DNA of 64,000 nt from Epiperipatus broadwayi (lineage: Eukaryota > Animalia > Onychophora). This document shows positions 54,021 through 64,000 of this stretch, in pieces. A program made the position numbers and the translations under genes. Within the stretch, counting starts at the first letter, position 1. Each line of letters begins with the position of its first letter. The notes under the pieces were generated by a model. That model saw only the letters and a program-made list of their open reading frames with translations. It ran no database searches and was not told where the DNA came from. The stretch spans positions 12,958,001-13,022,000 of the forward strand of contig JAQFVV010000001.1 of NCBI GenBank assembly GCA_028023455.1, in the 5' to 3' direction.

Positions 54021-55072
54021 TGTGTTGAGGAAGAGAAATTATAGTACATTTAAGATATTATACATGGGAAAAAGCGAATAGAGATAGATATTTACTCTAT
54101 GTGGCTGTGTTTAATAATAATTAATATATTGATTTTTAATTATAATTTAATGTGTGTATCTAAGCTAAAAATTATATGATAATTTCAAACCTTATAAATA
54201 AATAATAATAATGATTAAAATATTTACCAAAATAGAATATTGTTATAGATATGAGAACAGAAAAATTTGGCATTTTAAAATTAAAGAGTAGCATAGACTA
54301 TTATATCTATAAATTACTGTAAATAAATTTAAATTTGTTTTTGTAGAATATTTAGTAATTTGCAATGAAAAACTTTGACTTAACAATATTTTCTAACAAT
54401 ATAATTGTGTGTATATATATACAAATTATGGCACATTGGAAATCATATAATATTAATGTTGTTGAACTTTAATGAAATTAGGACATATATATATTTAATT
54501 TTAAGTGTAAATGCTAAGATTAATTTCATTCATTATGTTTCTATTTGTATTAATTTTTTTTTGACCTTCCCCCTCTGAAAAGCTATTGTTCATTACTTTA
54601 ATTATAATATTAAAATTTTTATTCTGCCTTTTAGCTTTCATTTTATAGTAAGAATTTAAATTGAATTTTTTTTCCAAAGTATATATATATAGTAAAATAT
54701 AATCCAAGATATGTGTAAATAAAAGAAGTGAAAAATATAATTACAATTTGTAATTTAGTAATAAAGTTTCCCAATAGATGACTCTTCTCAACAATAAGAC
54801 CGATAGCAGAACTTTGACATTTTATGTTGGAAAAACTATATAAAAGTATTTCATATCGTCAATAAAAAATGTGAAAGTTTTAATTAACATTTATTATTAT
54901 TGGTTTTACAATGTTTTAAAAAGCAACATTTAAAAAGTAAAACATTAAATTTTTAAATTCTCTACATATTTAAATACAACATTATTTTTTTTACTAATTT
55001 ATAATAAAAAAAAAAAAATCCAAATAATTGTTTGCTCTCTATATACATTAAATGTATAAGTAACGTACAATT

Positions 55073-55173
55073 GTCAAGCGTTGGAGGCCTAATGGTTAGC
55101 ATAGCTGCCTTCCAAGCAGCTGGCACGGATTCGCTTCCCGCTCAACGCATTTGGCATATGAAAAAAAAAAAAA
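55073..55173 (+). mobile_element. tRNA-Gly(TCC)-derived minimal SINE or retrocopy
   Basis: GTCAA + 72-nt tRNA-Gly body (55078-55149, anticodon TCC at 55111-55113, broken T-arm GGATTCGCTTCCCGC) + TTTGGCATATG + A13. Short direct repeat GTACAAT on both sides. Confidence 0.85.
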
Positions 55174-55373
55174 GTACAATAAATTCATCATCAATATAAA
55201 TTTGAGCATAGAAAAAACAATACTGTATGTGTAATGCATAGAGAAAAGGTGTTATGTTAGCTTTTTCCTAATAATTTATTAATTAAAGTTATGAAAGAAT
55301 TACTCTGAGATTCCCTTTTACGAAAAAAACTTGATGTTTTTATGTTTTTTTAAGTTGTATTTGTCAGATATTT

Positions 55374-55860
55374 ATCATCATCATCAACCATTATCAATCC
55401 ACTGCAGGATGAAGATCTCTCCAAGTTCAATCCATCTTCTCCGATCTTTAGCTTCTCTTCTCCACATCATCCCTGCACACTTTCTTATTTTATCCATCCA
55501 TCTCACATGTGGTCTCTTTCTGGGTCGTTTACAATCTATTGGAATCCACTTTAAGATTTCAACTGTCCATCTATTATCATCTCTTCTAGCAATATGTCCA
55601 GCCCAACTCTACTTCAGTCTTTTAATTTTTTCAATTTGGTCAGTAACACCTGTTTGTTCTAATTACCCATATATTACGTTTTCGATCTCTTCTTGTTACT
55701 CCCAACGTGCATTCTGATATACTTCTTTAAGTGGTCTGAAGTCTCTACATTTCTCTTTTATTAAGTGTCTAAGTCTCAGATCCATAAGTAAGAATTGGTA
55801 AAACATACTTATTAAAACCTTTCTTTTCAAACACATAGGCATAATAATGAACATTGCTTA
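55374..55860 (-). mobile_element. 3' end of an RTE LINE
   Basis: Translates PMCLKRKV...LPILTYGSET...WAGHIARRDDNRWT...WIP...RPRKRPHVRW, ending CTGCAGTGGAT with a (TGA)n tail. Confidence 0.9.
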
Positions 55861-58800
55861 AAGGATTTTAAATTTAAAAAATAAATGAATTCATTATTTA
55901 TATTTACATGCTTTTATATAAAATTTGCATTGGACATATGGCAGAATTTAAAATAAGGATAGCTATATTCTCTTATCACAATTTTGGAAATAAATGCTGA
56001 AATAAAAATGACTGAATTATAGTCAATTTACTGCCAATTTTGCATTATCATTTGTTTTGAAAATAACATTTACAAAATTTTTACTTTTATATTTGTAGAT
56101 AGTTAAAAATGAGTAAAGAATATTTCAAGTTTTTTATAAGCGCCTTTTAATTCGACAAAATTTTTCTTTCTTAGATTACACGTCCTGCTGTTTACTAATG
56201 TTATGATTCTGACTTCATCACTGCAAATGCGCTCAGCTAGGGCAAATTTTCTATAATCATTACGAAATAATCTTTTATTAAACCAATGATCAAAACTCTA
56301 GTATATGTATATTATAAATGCCTTTGTAAATATTAGTTTGCACATATGTTTTCTAATACATAAAAGTAAAGATTAAAGTAAGCAGATATGAAATGATTCA
56401 TTATCATGGTTGTGTGTTGATATTTATTTTGAGGATAAATATTTAACTTAAGATTACAATTTTTTTTTGCTTCTAGACTTTGCACATGTAAGTAGAAGTT
56501 CTGAAGAAGATTGCTGGACAATCAAAATTGTCAATAGTGAGTTGTAAAAAAGTAATAAAGAACATGAATGATATTAATAACATATTAACTGATCTGATTT
56601 TTTAACAATTAAATTTTTCATAATTAACTTTTTCTATGTAAATTGTAGTCATACATATACTTATTATCTTATTATAATGTAGAAGTGAGCAGACATTAGA
56701 AGATTAATGACTTTGCTTTTTTAGTTTTCATTTTGAGACTAAACATTTTGCTTAGAATTGCTTATATCTTTGCTTCTACACAGCTGAGAAACAATAGACA
56801 TTACTAGCTTAGGATAAATATGTTTTGGCTTAATTTTTAAATAATTCTACTTTCACATACATTAAAGTATTATGAAAATTATAGTATTTGTTTATAATTT
56901 TGCTATTTTATGATGGTTGTTGTAAAGATGTCTGAATAAAAGATATTTTCATGTTTGTGAAATTTGAACTAATAATATCTAGACCAGCATTAGTAACATA
57001 AATGGAATTTCCAACATCTTTTGATAAGGTCAAAAATACATTTTTGACAATTAAACCCACAAATAATAGCAATCAAGACATTCCCCAAATGGAAGATGGC
57101 TCTCAAATTGTAAAAGAAAAAAAAATTATTGGGAATAATTTGAATTTTTTTCTCACTGTAACATTAAATTTAATAAGAACTCAAAAATTTAATAAATTAT
57201 TATCAGCTATTAATTTTGATAAAAGTTTTTCTTATTAAAGTTTTCTGATAATGAAAGATCAAATACAATTACTAAACTCAATAATCCATTCTTTTGGTTT
57301 AAGAGGCAAAAATGTCCAATTGTCAAATATCTTTATCCTGATTATATGAATTAACATAGACAGATCTTTCACACTACATTGAATTAGATTTTAGTATACT
57401 GTACTGTCTATAGAATCTTTACAAATTGTAAATAATTTAATGTTTTATTAGGGTTTCCTCTTAATTAATGATATTGTGTTGATGTATTATTTAAATTATG
57501 GTAAATAAATGTATTTGCATATATAAAAATCAAATTTAATTCACTTGAAAAATAAATTCAGTTAAGTATAATGTATTTTTATCAATAGACACTGATCATG
57601 AATAAACTTTATTTATATATTTAATTTAAGATTTTTTTATACTATTAAAAAAAGACAATTTGCAGCAGTATAAATACTGTACTATTAGAACATTTTAATG
57701 ATATTATCCTTAATTGTTTAGGAAATCATGTGACATTTGAACATATTTAGAGACAGGTTGAATAGTTTTAATTACTTAACTCAATTTCTCTATATAATTT
57801 ATCACGGTGGTAGGGTTGTTGAAGCTGAACTGAGGGTTTCAAAATTGATTCTTTATGAGTAACTTAATTTAAAAAAAAATGACTCAAATTAACTGGAACA
57901 GTTAATTACTCAATATATCATTAGGATGCTTGAATATCATGTGACTTCCCAAAAAATTTATTTTACTATTACTACACTTAATTAAATAGAAATTTGTTTT
58001 TATTTGCATTATTCACCAGGCATTTTAGGTCAAATATTATATTAAGATGATTAAATTAATATCATATAAATCTAATCTAAATAAATTCTATGTGATATAC
58101 AATTATCATGTATAAATAAATACTTATAAAATAATCATATACTACTATTTTTATTTTATTTTTAATTTAAGTGATTTTAGTCTTATGTGACTTTATGCAC
58201 TACTTCATACACTGTAGATAATGATCCCATAAGGATTGACAAAAACTTTGGCAAGTAAATGTTTATCATTGGATAATATATATAAATAAATAACCACTGG
58301 AAACAATAGGTGAATTACCATATTTTTCTCAGTGGTTTGTTTGTTTTTTTCTAAAGGAAACTGGGATCAAATGGCTTTTTATGTGCTCAACAAGATAAAT
58401 CATTTTAAAATGTGAAGTGAAATGTGCTAAGATAGATTTCTTTCAGTATCAAATATGACTAATCAGTTTATAAAATGAATTATCTTCCATACTCATATGA
58501 TGGAATTCACTAACTAAGACTGGATTTTTTTTAATTTTTTTCAACTGCAGTTAATGTATAAGAATTGAAAACAGTAAAGTGTGTCACTCCCTTTCTACTA
58601 TGGTGAGCTAAGACTGTTCCAATGCTGATTAGCAAAGTATCACGTTAGGATTAATTCCATATTTCAATTATAACGAGTTTGTCTGTTTGCATTACTTATT
58701 AAATTTTTAGCTTATCAAAAAATTGAATTTATTGAACACCCATTCAGCCCCTTAGTTTAGCAATCAATATAGTAGATTAGCATATTGAAGCAATGGATCT

Positions 58801-59367
58801 GAAGTCCAATCCATGCTTCACAGCTTCCTATAAACTTAATTAGTATTGTAGAGCCTGAATTAAGTCTATAGTCCAATACCAGCAGGGTTTTGCATTAAAG
58901 CTAAAATTAATTATGTTTATTAAATTTGTATTTGCATTTAACTATTTCATTTTAAATAAATTCCATTTCAAGATTAAATTTCTGTTAATAAAAATTACTT
59001 GTAAAACCTATTAGTCAAACATATATACAGAAACAGAATCAGAATTAAAACCAATTCTTTTTTTATGTTGCACTTCAAGTATACAATAGTCAAATATGTT
59101 TAAAAATACATATATACAAGCAACAAAGATTACAAATTATAAAATTATTATATAAAAGCCTTTTTCGGCAAATTATGTTTTTTTGCCCTTTTCAATATGT
59201 CTCCACGATTTAAAGCACATACAGCGACATCTATATCAATACATGAGAGAAGATAGATAAACAAATGGATATTTGACATGATCTATTATGTGATTTTTTC
59301 CCCCTCAATTCTACTACAAAATTACTCTGTTATATATATTGAATGGATATATATCCACATATATTAA

Positions 59368-60769
59368 TTAATTAACTATCCATTCTTTATCCATTAACCA
59401 CTTATTATTTAACTTAATGGATGTTTTGTATATATTCATACAGTTGTTTTTATTATACATGATGTAGTTTGTTTCATATATTTTACGTCTATTAACATTT
59501 TTAATATAATCAAGAACACTTATATTATCAATACAATTTATTTTATGTCCATACTGCAAATAATGAACATATAATGCAGATCTATCATCTTTCCTAGCAA
59601 TAGCATCATTGTGTTCTTTAGCTCTTTCTCCCAATTGCTTTGACGTCTGGCCATAGTAAATCATATTACAAAAATTACATCTAATTTTATAAACCATTCC
59701 TCTCTTATATTTTATATCATCTTTCATTCTACAATTAGTTATCAATTTATCCAAATTTTTGCTATTAGCCCATCCCACGTTAATGTTTTTATCTATATAA
59801 TTTTTACTTTTTTTATTTAATATATTATATACACTAGGCAAATATGAAATTTTTATCCACTTCTTTTGTTTATTAGTCCTACATCTATTATTATCCGTGC
59901 TATTTACTCCATGTTGTGAAAATATATTGTCAATACTATGCGCTGCATATCCATATCCCATATATGTTTGTTTAAATTTATCCTTCTGTAACATAGCAAT
60001 ATTTCTATCTGTATTAAATCTATCGTTCTTATATTTAAAATTCTTAATTACACTCATCTTTTGTATCCATGGTTGTTTTGAATCAATTGATATAATTTTC
60101 CTTAATTTATAATCTTTAATAAAATGCTTAATTATAATATCATTATTTTGATTTAAAATAATTTCAATATCTAAATACCTTATTTCATTATCAATTTCTT
60201 TCATAGTAAACCTAATATTATCAACATTATTATTAAATTGTTTATATAATTTATATATTGCCCTCTTATTACCAATTATCAAACTATCATCTACGTATCT
60301 AAAATAATGTAGTACTTCTTTTTTAATTATACTGCCTTTTATAATATTGATTTCCATGTCATTAATGAACATAGATGCCATAAGCCCACTAATTGCGCAT
60401 CCCATTACCCATCCCTTATTTATACTCCAATATTCATTATTATATTTAAAATATAAACTATTATTTATTAGGTTCAATGCTTCATTTATAATACTAATTA
60501 TGCTATTATCATTGATATATAGAGATAAAGCCTTTATGATGATACTAATGCTTTTAATTCTAGGGATACTAGGGTACATCGATTCTATGTCCATCACAAA
60601 GATACTGTGGTTTCTATTTATATTCATCATATTTAATTTATCAATAATAGCCTCTGTATTTTTTATACAATATTGTCCATAACCAATAATATCAGCTATC
60701 CATTTGTTTAAATATTTACAAAATTTATGTAAAATGAAATTGCTAAAATTAAATAATAATCTTAAAGGG
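59368..60769 (-). pseudogene. 5'-truncated inverted copy of the PLE ORF (RT core + GIY-YIG)
   Basis: The 420-aa track ORF is near-identical to residues from about 397 to 816 of the intact ORF (I/V and D/N differences). Confidence 0.95.
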
Positions 60770-61376
60770 AGAAAGAGCTAAAGAACACAATGATGCTATT
60801 GCTAGGAAAGATGATAGATCTGCATTATATGTTCATTATTTGCAGTATGGACATAAAATAAATTGTATTGATAATATAAGGGTTCTTGATTATATTAAAA
60901 ATGTTAATAGACGTAAAATATATGAAACAAACTACATCATGTATAATAAAAACAACTGTATGAATATATACAAAACATCCATTAAGTTAAATAATAAGTG
61001 GTTAATGGATAAAGAATGGATAGTTAATTAATTAATATATGTGGATATATATCCATTCAATATATATAACAGAGTAATTTTGTAGTAGAATTGAGGGGGA
61101 AAAAAATCACATAATAGATCATGTCAAATATCCATTTGTTTATCTATCTTCTCTCATGTATTGATATAGATGTCGCTGTATGTGCTTTAAATCGTGGAGA
61201 CATATTGAAAAGGGCAAAAAAACATAATTTGCCGAAAAAGGCTTTTATATAATAATTTTATAATTTGTAATCTTTGTTGCTTGTATATATGTATTTTTAA
61301 ACATATTTGACTATTGTATACTTGAAGTGCAACATAAAAAAAGAATTGGTTTTAATTCTGATTCTGTTTCTGTATA
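60767..61376 (+). repeat. PLE pseudo-LTR (3' end of ORF + 3' UTR duplicated upstream of the ORF)
   Basis: Direct repeat of 63621-64000+. Its end at 61376 matches the terminus of the inverted copy at 59024. Confidence 0.9.
61202..61250 (+). ncRNA. Candidate variant (U3-A8) hammerhead in the pLTR; mirror copy at about 59150-59198
   Basis: ATA-TTGAAAA-GG(G)CAAA-loop-TTTGCC-GAAA-AAGGCTT-TTA-TAT. Stem II and a near-palindromic stem III are good, but stem I is only 3 bp. Confidence 0.35.
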
Positions 61377-61434
61377 GTAATTTCGATATTATTTATAACG
61401 TTACTTTTGAATTAATACTGCGGTTGTTTGGGAT

Positions 61435-63885
61435 ATGGAGCATTTATGGAAATATATGAGAGATAATTTGGATACGATTGATTTGATTAAGGTAAAGAAA
61501 TTAACTAAATTATGTTTACATATGGAAAAAATAAAAGGTCAATTATCATATTTAAATAATTGTAAATTACATAAGATTATGCCTAAAGCATGTATAATTA
61601 ACGTTAGAAGGAATAAGAAGATCTCAAATAATAATAGATTAATATATAAATTGGAGAATTATTTGTTGCAGATTTTTATAAATGAAAAATACTACATTTT
61701 TAAAAGAAGTTTGGATAGATTTAGAAGCTTAAATAAAATTATAAAACCAATATTAAAAAGGATAAATGTCTGGGATAATTTCAAAGCTTTCTTAAATAAT
61801 TATCGTAATAAATGGTATTATAAAATACACCTTAAATATACTAAAAAATGGGAATGGCTGATTAATAAATTTTTCACTAATAGATCATGCAGATATGATC
61901 ATATTCAGCAATCTTATAAATCTATGGAATATAAAAAACATGTTTCAGACAATTTTGTAAATTTAACGGACTATAAATTTTCACGTGAACAAAGTAATTT
62001 ACTGAGTAAAAATCCATCATTTATCCCATTTATAGACAAAGATATAAAGAAGAGGATTATAACAGACATTGAATTGGCACATATTTCATATGGGGAGAAA
62101 AAGAAATTACATTGTGTTTTAAATAGACATTTATACGAACTTAATATTTCTAATAGGGATTATAACTACAGAAAAATAATAAACGAAATTAGATATATAT
62201 GTAATGGCTCTGGGATTGTAATAAGTAAAGAAGATAAAGGTTGTCGTTTTGTTGTAATGTACGCTAAGGACTATAATGATAGAATAGATAGTGTAATAAA
62301 AAATGAGGGGTATAGTAGATTATCTAAAGATCCTACAAATAATATAAAAAATAAATATGTAAAATTGTTAAAAAAGATGAAGCTTAATAACATTATAAGT
62401 GATAATCAATATTATTCTTTATATCCTAATTCATATGAGAACCCATATATATTTTGTAAGGTAAAAACGCATAAGGAAGATAACCCTTTAAGATTATTAT
62501 TTAATTTTAGCAATTTCATTTTACATAAATTTTGTAAATATTTAAACAAATGGATAGCTGATATTATTGGTTATGGACAATATTGTATAAAAAATACAGA
62601 GGCTATTATTGATAAATTAAATATGATGAATATAAATAGAAACCACAGTATCTTTGTGATGGACATAGAATCGATGTACCCTAGTATCCCTAGAATTAAA
62701 AGCATTAGTATCGTCATAAAGGCTTTATCTCTATATATCAATGATAATAGCATAATTAGTATTATAAATGAAGCATTGAACCTAATAAATAATAGTTTAT
62801 ATTTTAAATATAATAATGAATATTGGAGTATAAATAAGGGATGGGTAATGGGATGCGCAATTAGTGGGCTTATGGCATCTATGTTCATTAATGACATGGA
62901 AATCAATATTATAAAAGGCAGTATAATTAAAAAAGAAGTACTACATTATTTTAGATACGTAGATGATAGTTTGATAATTGGTAATAAGAGGGCAATATAT
63001 AAATTATATAAACAATTTAATAATAATGTTGATAATATTAGGTTTACTATGAAAGAAATTGATAATGAAATAAGGTATTTAGATATTGAAATTATTTTAA
63101 ATCAAAATAATGATATTATAATTAAGCATTTTATTAAAGATTATAAATTAAGGAAAATTATATCAATTGATTCAAAACAACCATGGATACAAAAGATGAG
63201 TGTAATTAAGAATTTTAAATATAAGAACGATAGATTTAATACAGATAGAAATATTGCTATGTTACAGAAGGATAAATTTAAACAAACATATATGGGATAT
63301 GGATATGCAGCGCATAGTATTGACAATATATTTTCACAACATGGAGTAAATAGCACGAATAATAATAGATGTAGGACTAATAAACAAAAGAAGTGGATAA
63401 AAATTTCATATTTGCCTAGTGTATATAATATATTAAATAAAAAAAGTAAAAATTATATAGATAAAAACATTAACGTGGGATGGGCTAATAGCAAAAATTT
63501 GGATAAATTGATAACTAATTGTAGAATGAAAGATGATATAAAATATAAGAGAGGAATGGTTTATAAAATTAGATGTAATTTTTGTAATATGATTTACTAT
63601 GGCCAGACGTCAAAGCAATTGGGAGAAAGAGCTAAAGAACACAATGATGCTATTGCTAGGAAAGATGATAGATCTGCATTATATGTTCATTATTTGCAGT
63701 ATGGACATAAAATAAATTGTATTGATAATATAAGTGTTCTTGATTATATTAAAAATGTTAATAGACGTAAAATATATGAAACAAACTACATCATGTATAA
63801 TAAAAACAACTGTATGAATATATACAAAACATCCATTAAGTTAAATAATAAGTGGTTAATGGATAAAGAATGGATAGTTAATTAA
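61435..63885 (+). CDS. Penelope-like element polyprotein: RT + C-terminal GIY-YIG endonuclease, 816 aa, intact
   Basis: EDKG motif, KTHK..PLR, DIESMYPSI, GWVMG, RYVDD and YLDI in the RT; GMVYKIRCNFCNMIYYGQT...R..EH...H...H...E in the endonuclease (CCHH-type GIY-YIG typical of PLEs). Confidence 0.97.
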   Translation: MEHLWKYMRDNLDTIDLIKVKKLTKLCLHMEKIKGQLSYLNNCKLHKIMPKACIINVRRNKKISNNNRLIYKLENYLLQIFINEKYYIFKRSLDRFRSLNKIIKPILKRINVWDNFKAFLNNYRNKWYYKIHLKYTKKWEWLINKFFTNRSCRYDHIQQSYKSMEYKKHVSDNFVNLTDYKFSREQSNLLSKNPSFIPFIDKDIKKRIITDIELAHISYGEKKKLHCVLNRHLYELNISNRDYNYRKIINEIRYICNGSGIVISKEDKGCRFVVMYAKDYNDRIDSVIKNEGYSRLSKDPTNNIKNKYVKLLKKMKLNNIISDNQYYSLYPNSYENPYIFCKVKTHKEDNPLRLLFNFSNFILHKFCKYLNKWIADIIGYGQYCIKNTEAIIDKLNMMNINRNHSIFVMDIESMYPSIPRIKSISIVIKALSLYINDNSIISIINEALNLINNSLYFKYNNEYWSINKGWVMGCAISGLMASMFINDMEINIIKGSIIKKEVLHYFRYVDDSLIIGNKRAIYKLYKQFNNNVDNIRFTMKEIDNEIRYLDIEIILNQNNDIIIKHFIKDYKLRKIISIDSKQPWIQKMSVIKNFKYKNDRFNTDRNIAMLQKDKFKQTYMGYGYAAHSIDNIFSQHGVNSTNNNRCRTNKQKKWIKISYLPSVYNILNKKSKNYIDKNINVGWANSKNLDKLITNCRMKDDIKYKRGMVYKIRCNFCNMIYYGQTSKQLGERAKEHNDAIARKDDRSALYVHYLQYGHKINCIDNISVLDYIKNVNRRKIYETNYIMYNKNNCMNIYKTSIKLNNKWLMDKEWIVN

Positions 63886-64000
63886 TTAATATATGTGGAT
63901 ATATATCCATTCAATATATATAACAGAGTAATTTTGTAGTAGAATTGAGGGGGGAAAAATCACATAATAGATCATGTCAAATATCCATTTGTTTATCTAT

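Larger units (their letters stand above)
59024..64000 (+). mobile_element. Young Penelope-like retroelement insertion: inverted truncated copy + pLTR + full unit (runs off the window)
   Basis: 59024-60769 is the reverse complement of the element from the equivalent of 62484 through its 3' end. 60767-61376 repeats 63621 onward (period 2854). Copies differ by only a few substitutions. Confidence 0.95.

Noticed and set aside
55078-55149. Functional tRNA-Gly(TCC) gene
   Set aside because: The T-arm is mispaired and A58 is lost. An A-tail, flanking direct repeats and a second copy with the same leader and trailer indicate a retroposed SINE-like copy.
56140-57420. Possible exon at 56.2k and 78-aa ORF at 57002
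   Set aside because: Early stop after the acceptor-like site and no recognisable homology. May be TE debris.
59024-61376. Assembly artefact explanation for the inverted and tandem PLE duplication
   Set aside because: Copies differ by consistent SNPs, and the layout matches known PLE integration structure. Long-read confirmation is still advisable.
59897-63356. Antisense ORFs at 59897, 60347, 62571 and 63141 as separate genes
   Set aside because: They are shadow frames of the AT-rich PLE ORF, duplicated only because the element is duplicated.
1-64000. CRISPR array, prokaryotic operon or rRNA
   Set aside because: No short regularly spaced repeats with unique spacers, no gene-dense coding and no rRNA-like sequence. 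The content is eukaryotic TE and intron DNA.

Overview
This is AT-rich, CpG-depleted animal (eukaryotic) genomic DNA, not prokaryotic. I see no operons, rRNA or CRISPR, and nearly all short ORFs in the track look spurious. Main contents: (1) a very young, intact Penelope-like retroelement (PLE; 816-aa RT + GIY-YIG ORF, 61435-63885) with an inverted 5'-truncated copy, a pseudo-LTR and a tandem unit; (2) a dense set of small non-coding repeats carrying minimal type I hammerhead ribozymes (HHR) with palindromic stem III, in at least three sequence families (A, B, C/D), arranged as outward-pointing foldbacks or 412-418 nt partial tandems that copy the PLE architecture in miniature (retrozyme-like PLE parasites); (3) old TE debris: a complete hAT-Buster/SPIN-like element with TIRs and TSD, an APE-RT LINE, RTE LINEs and further PLE remnants; (4) two copies of a minimal tRNA-Gly(TCC)-derived SINE; (5) one likely host coding exon (INF2/form3-like formin N-terminus, minus strand, 17614-17680) in a CpG-retaining promoter-like zone. 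All calls were made by eye. Ribozyme activity, family identities and protein homologies need computational or experimental confirmation.
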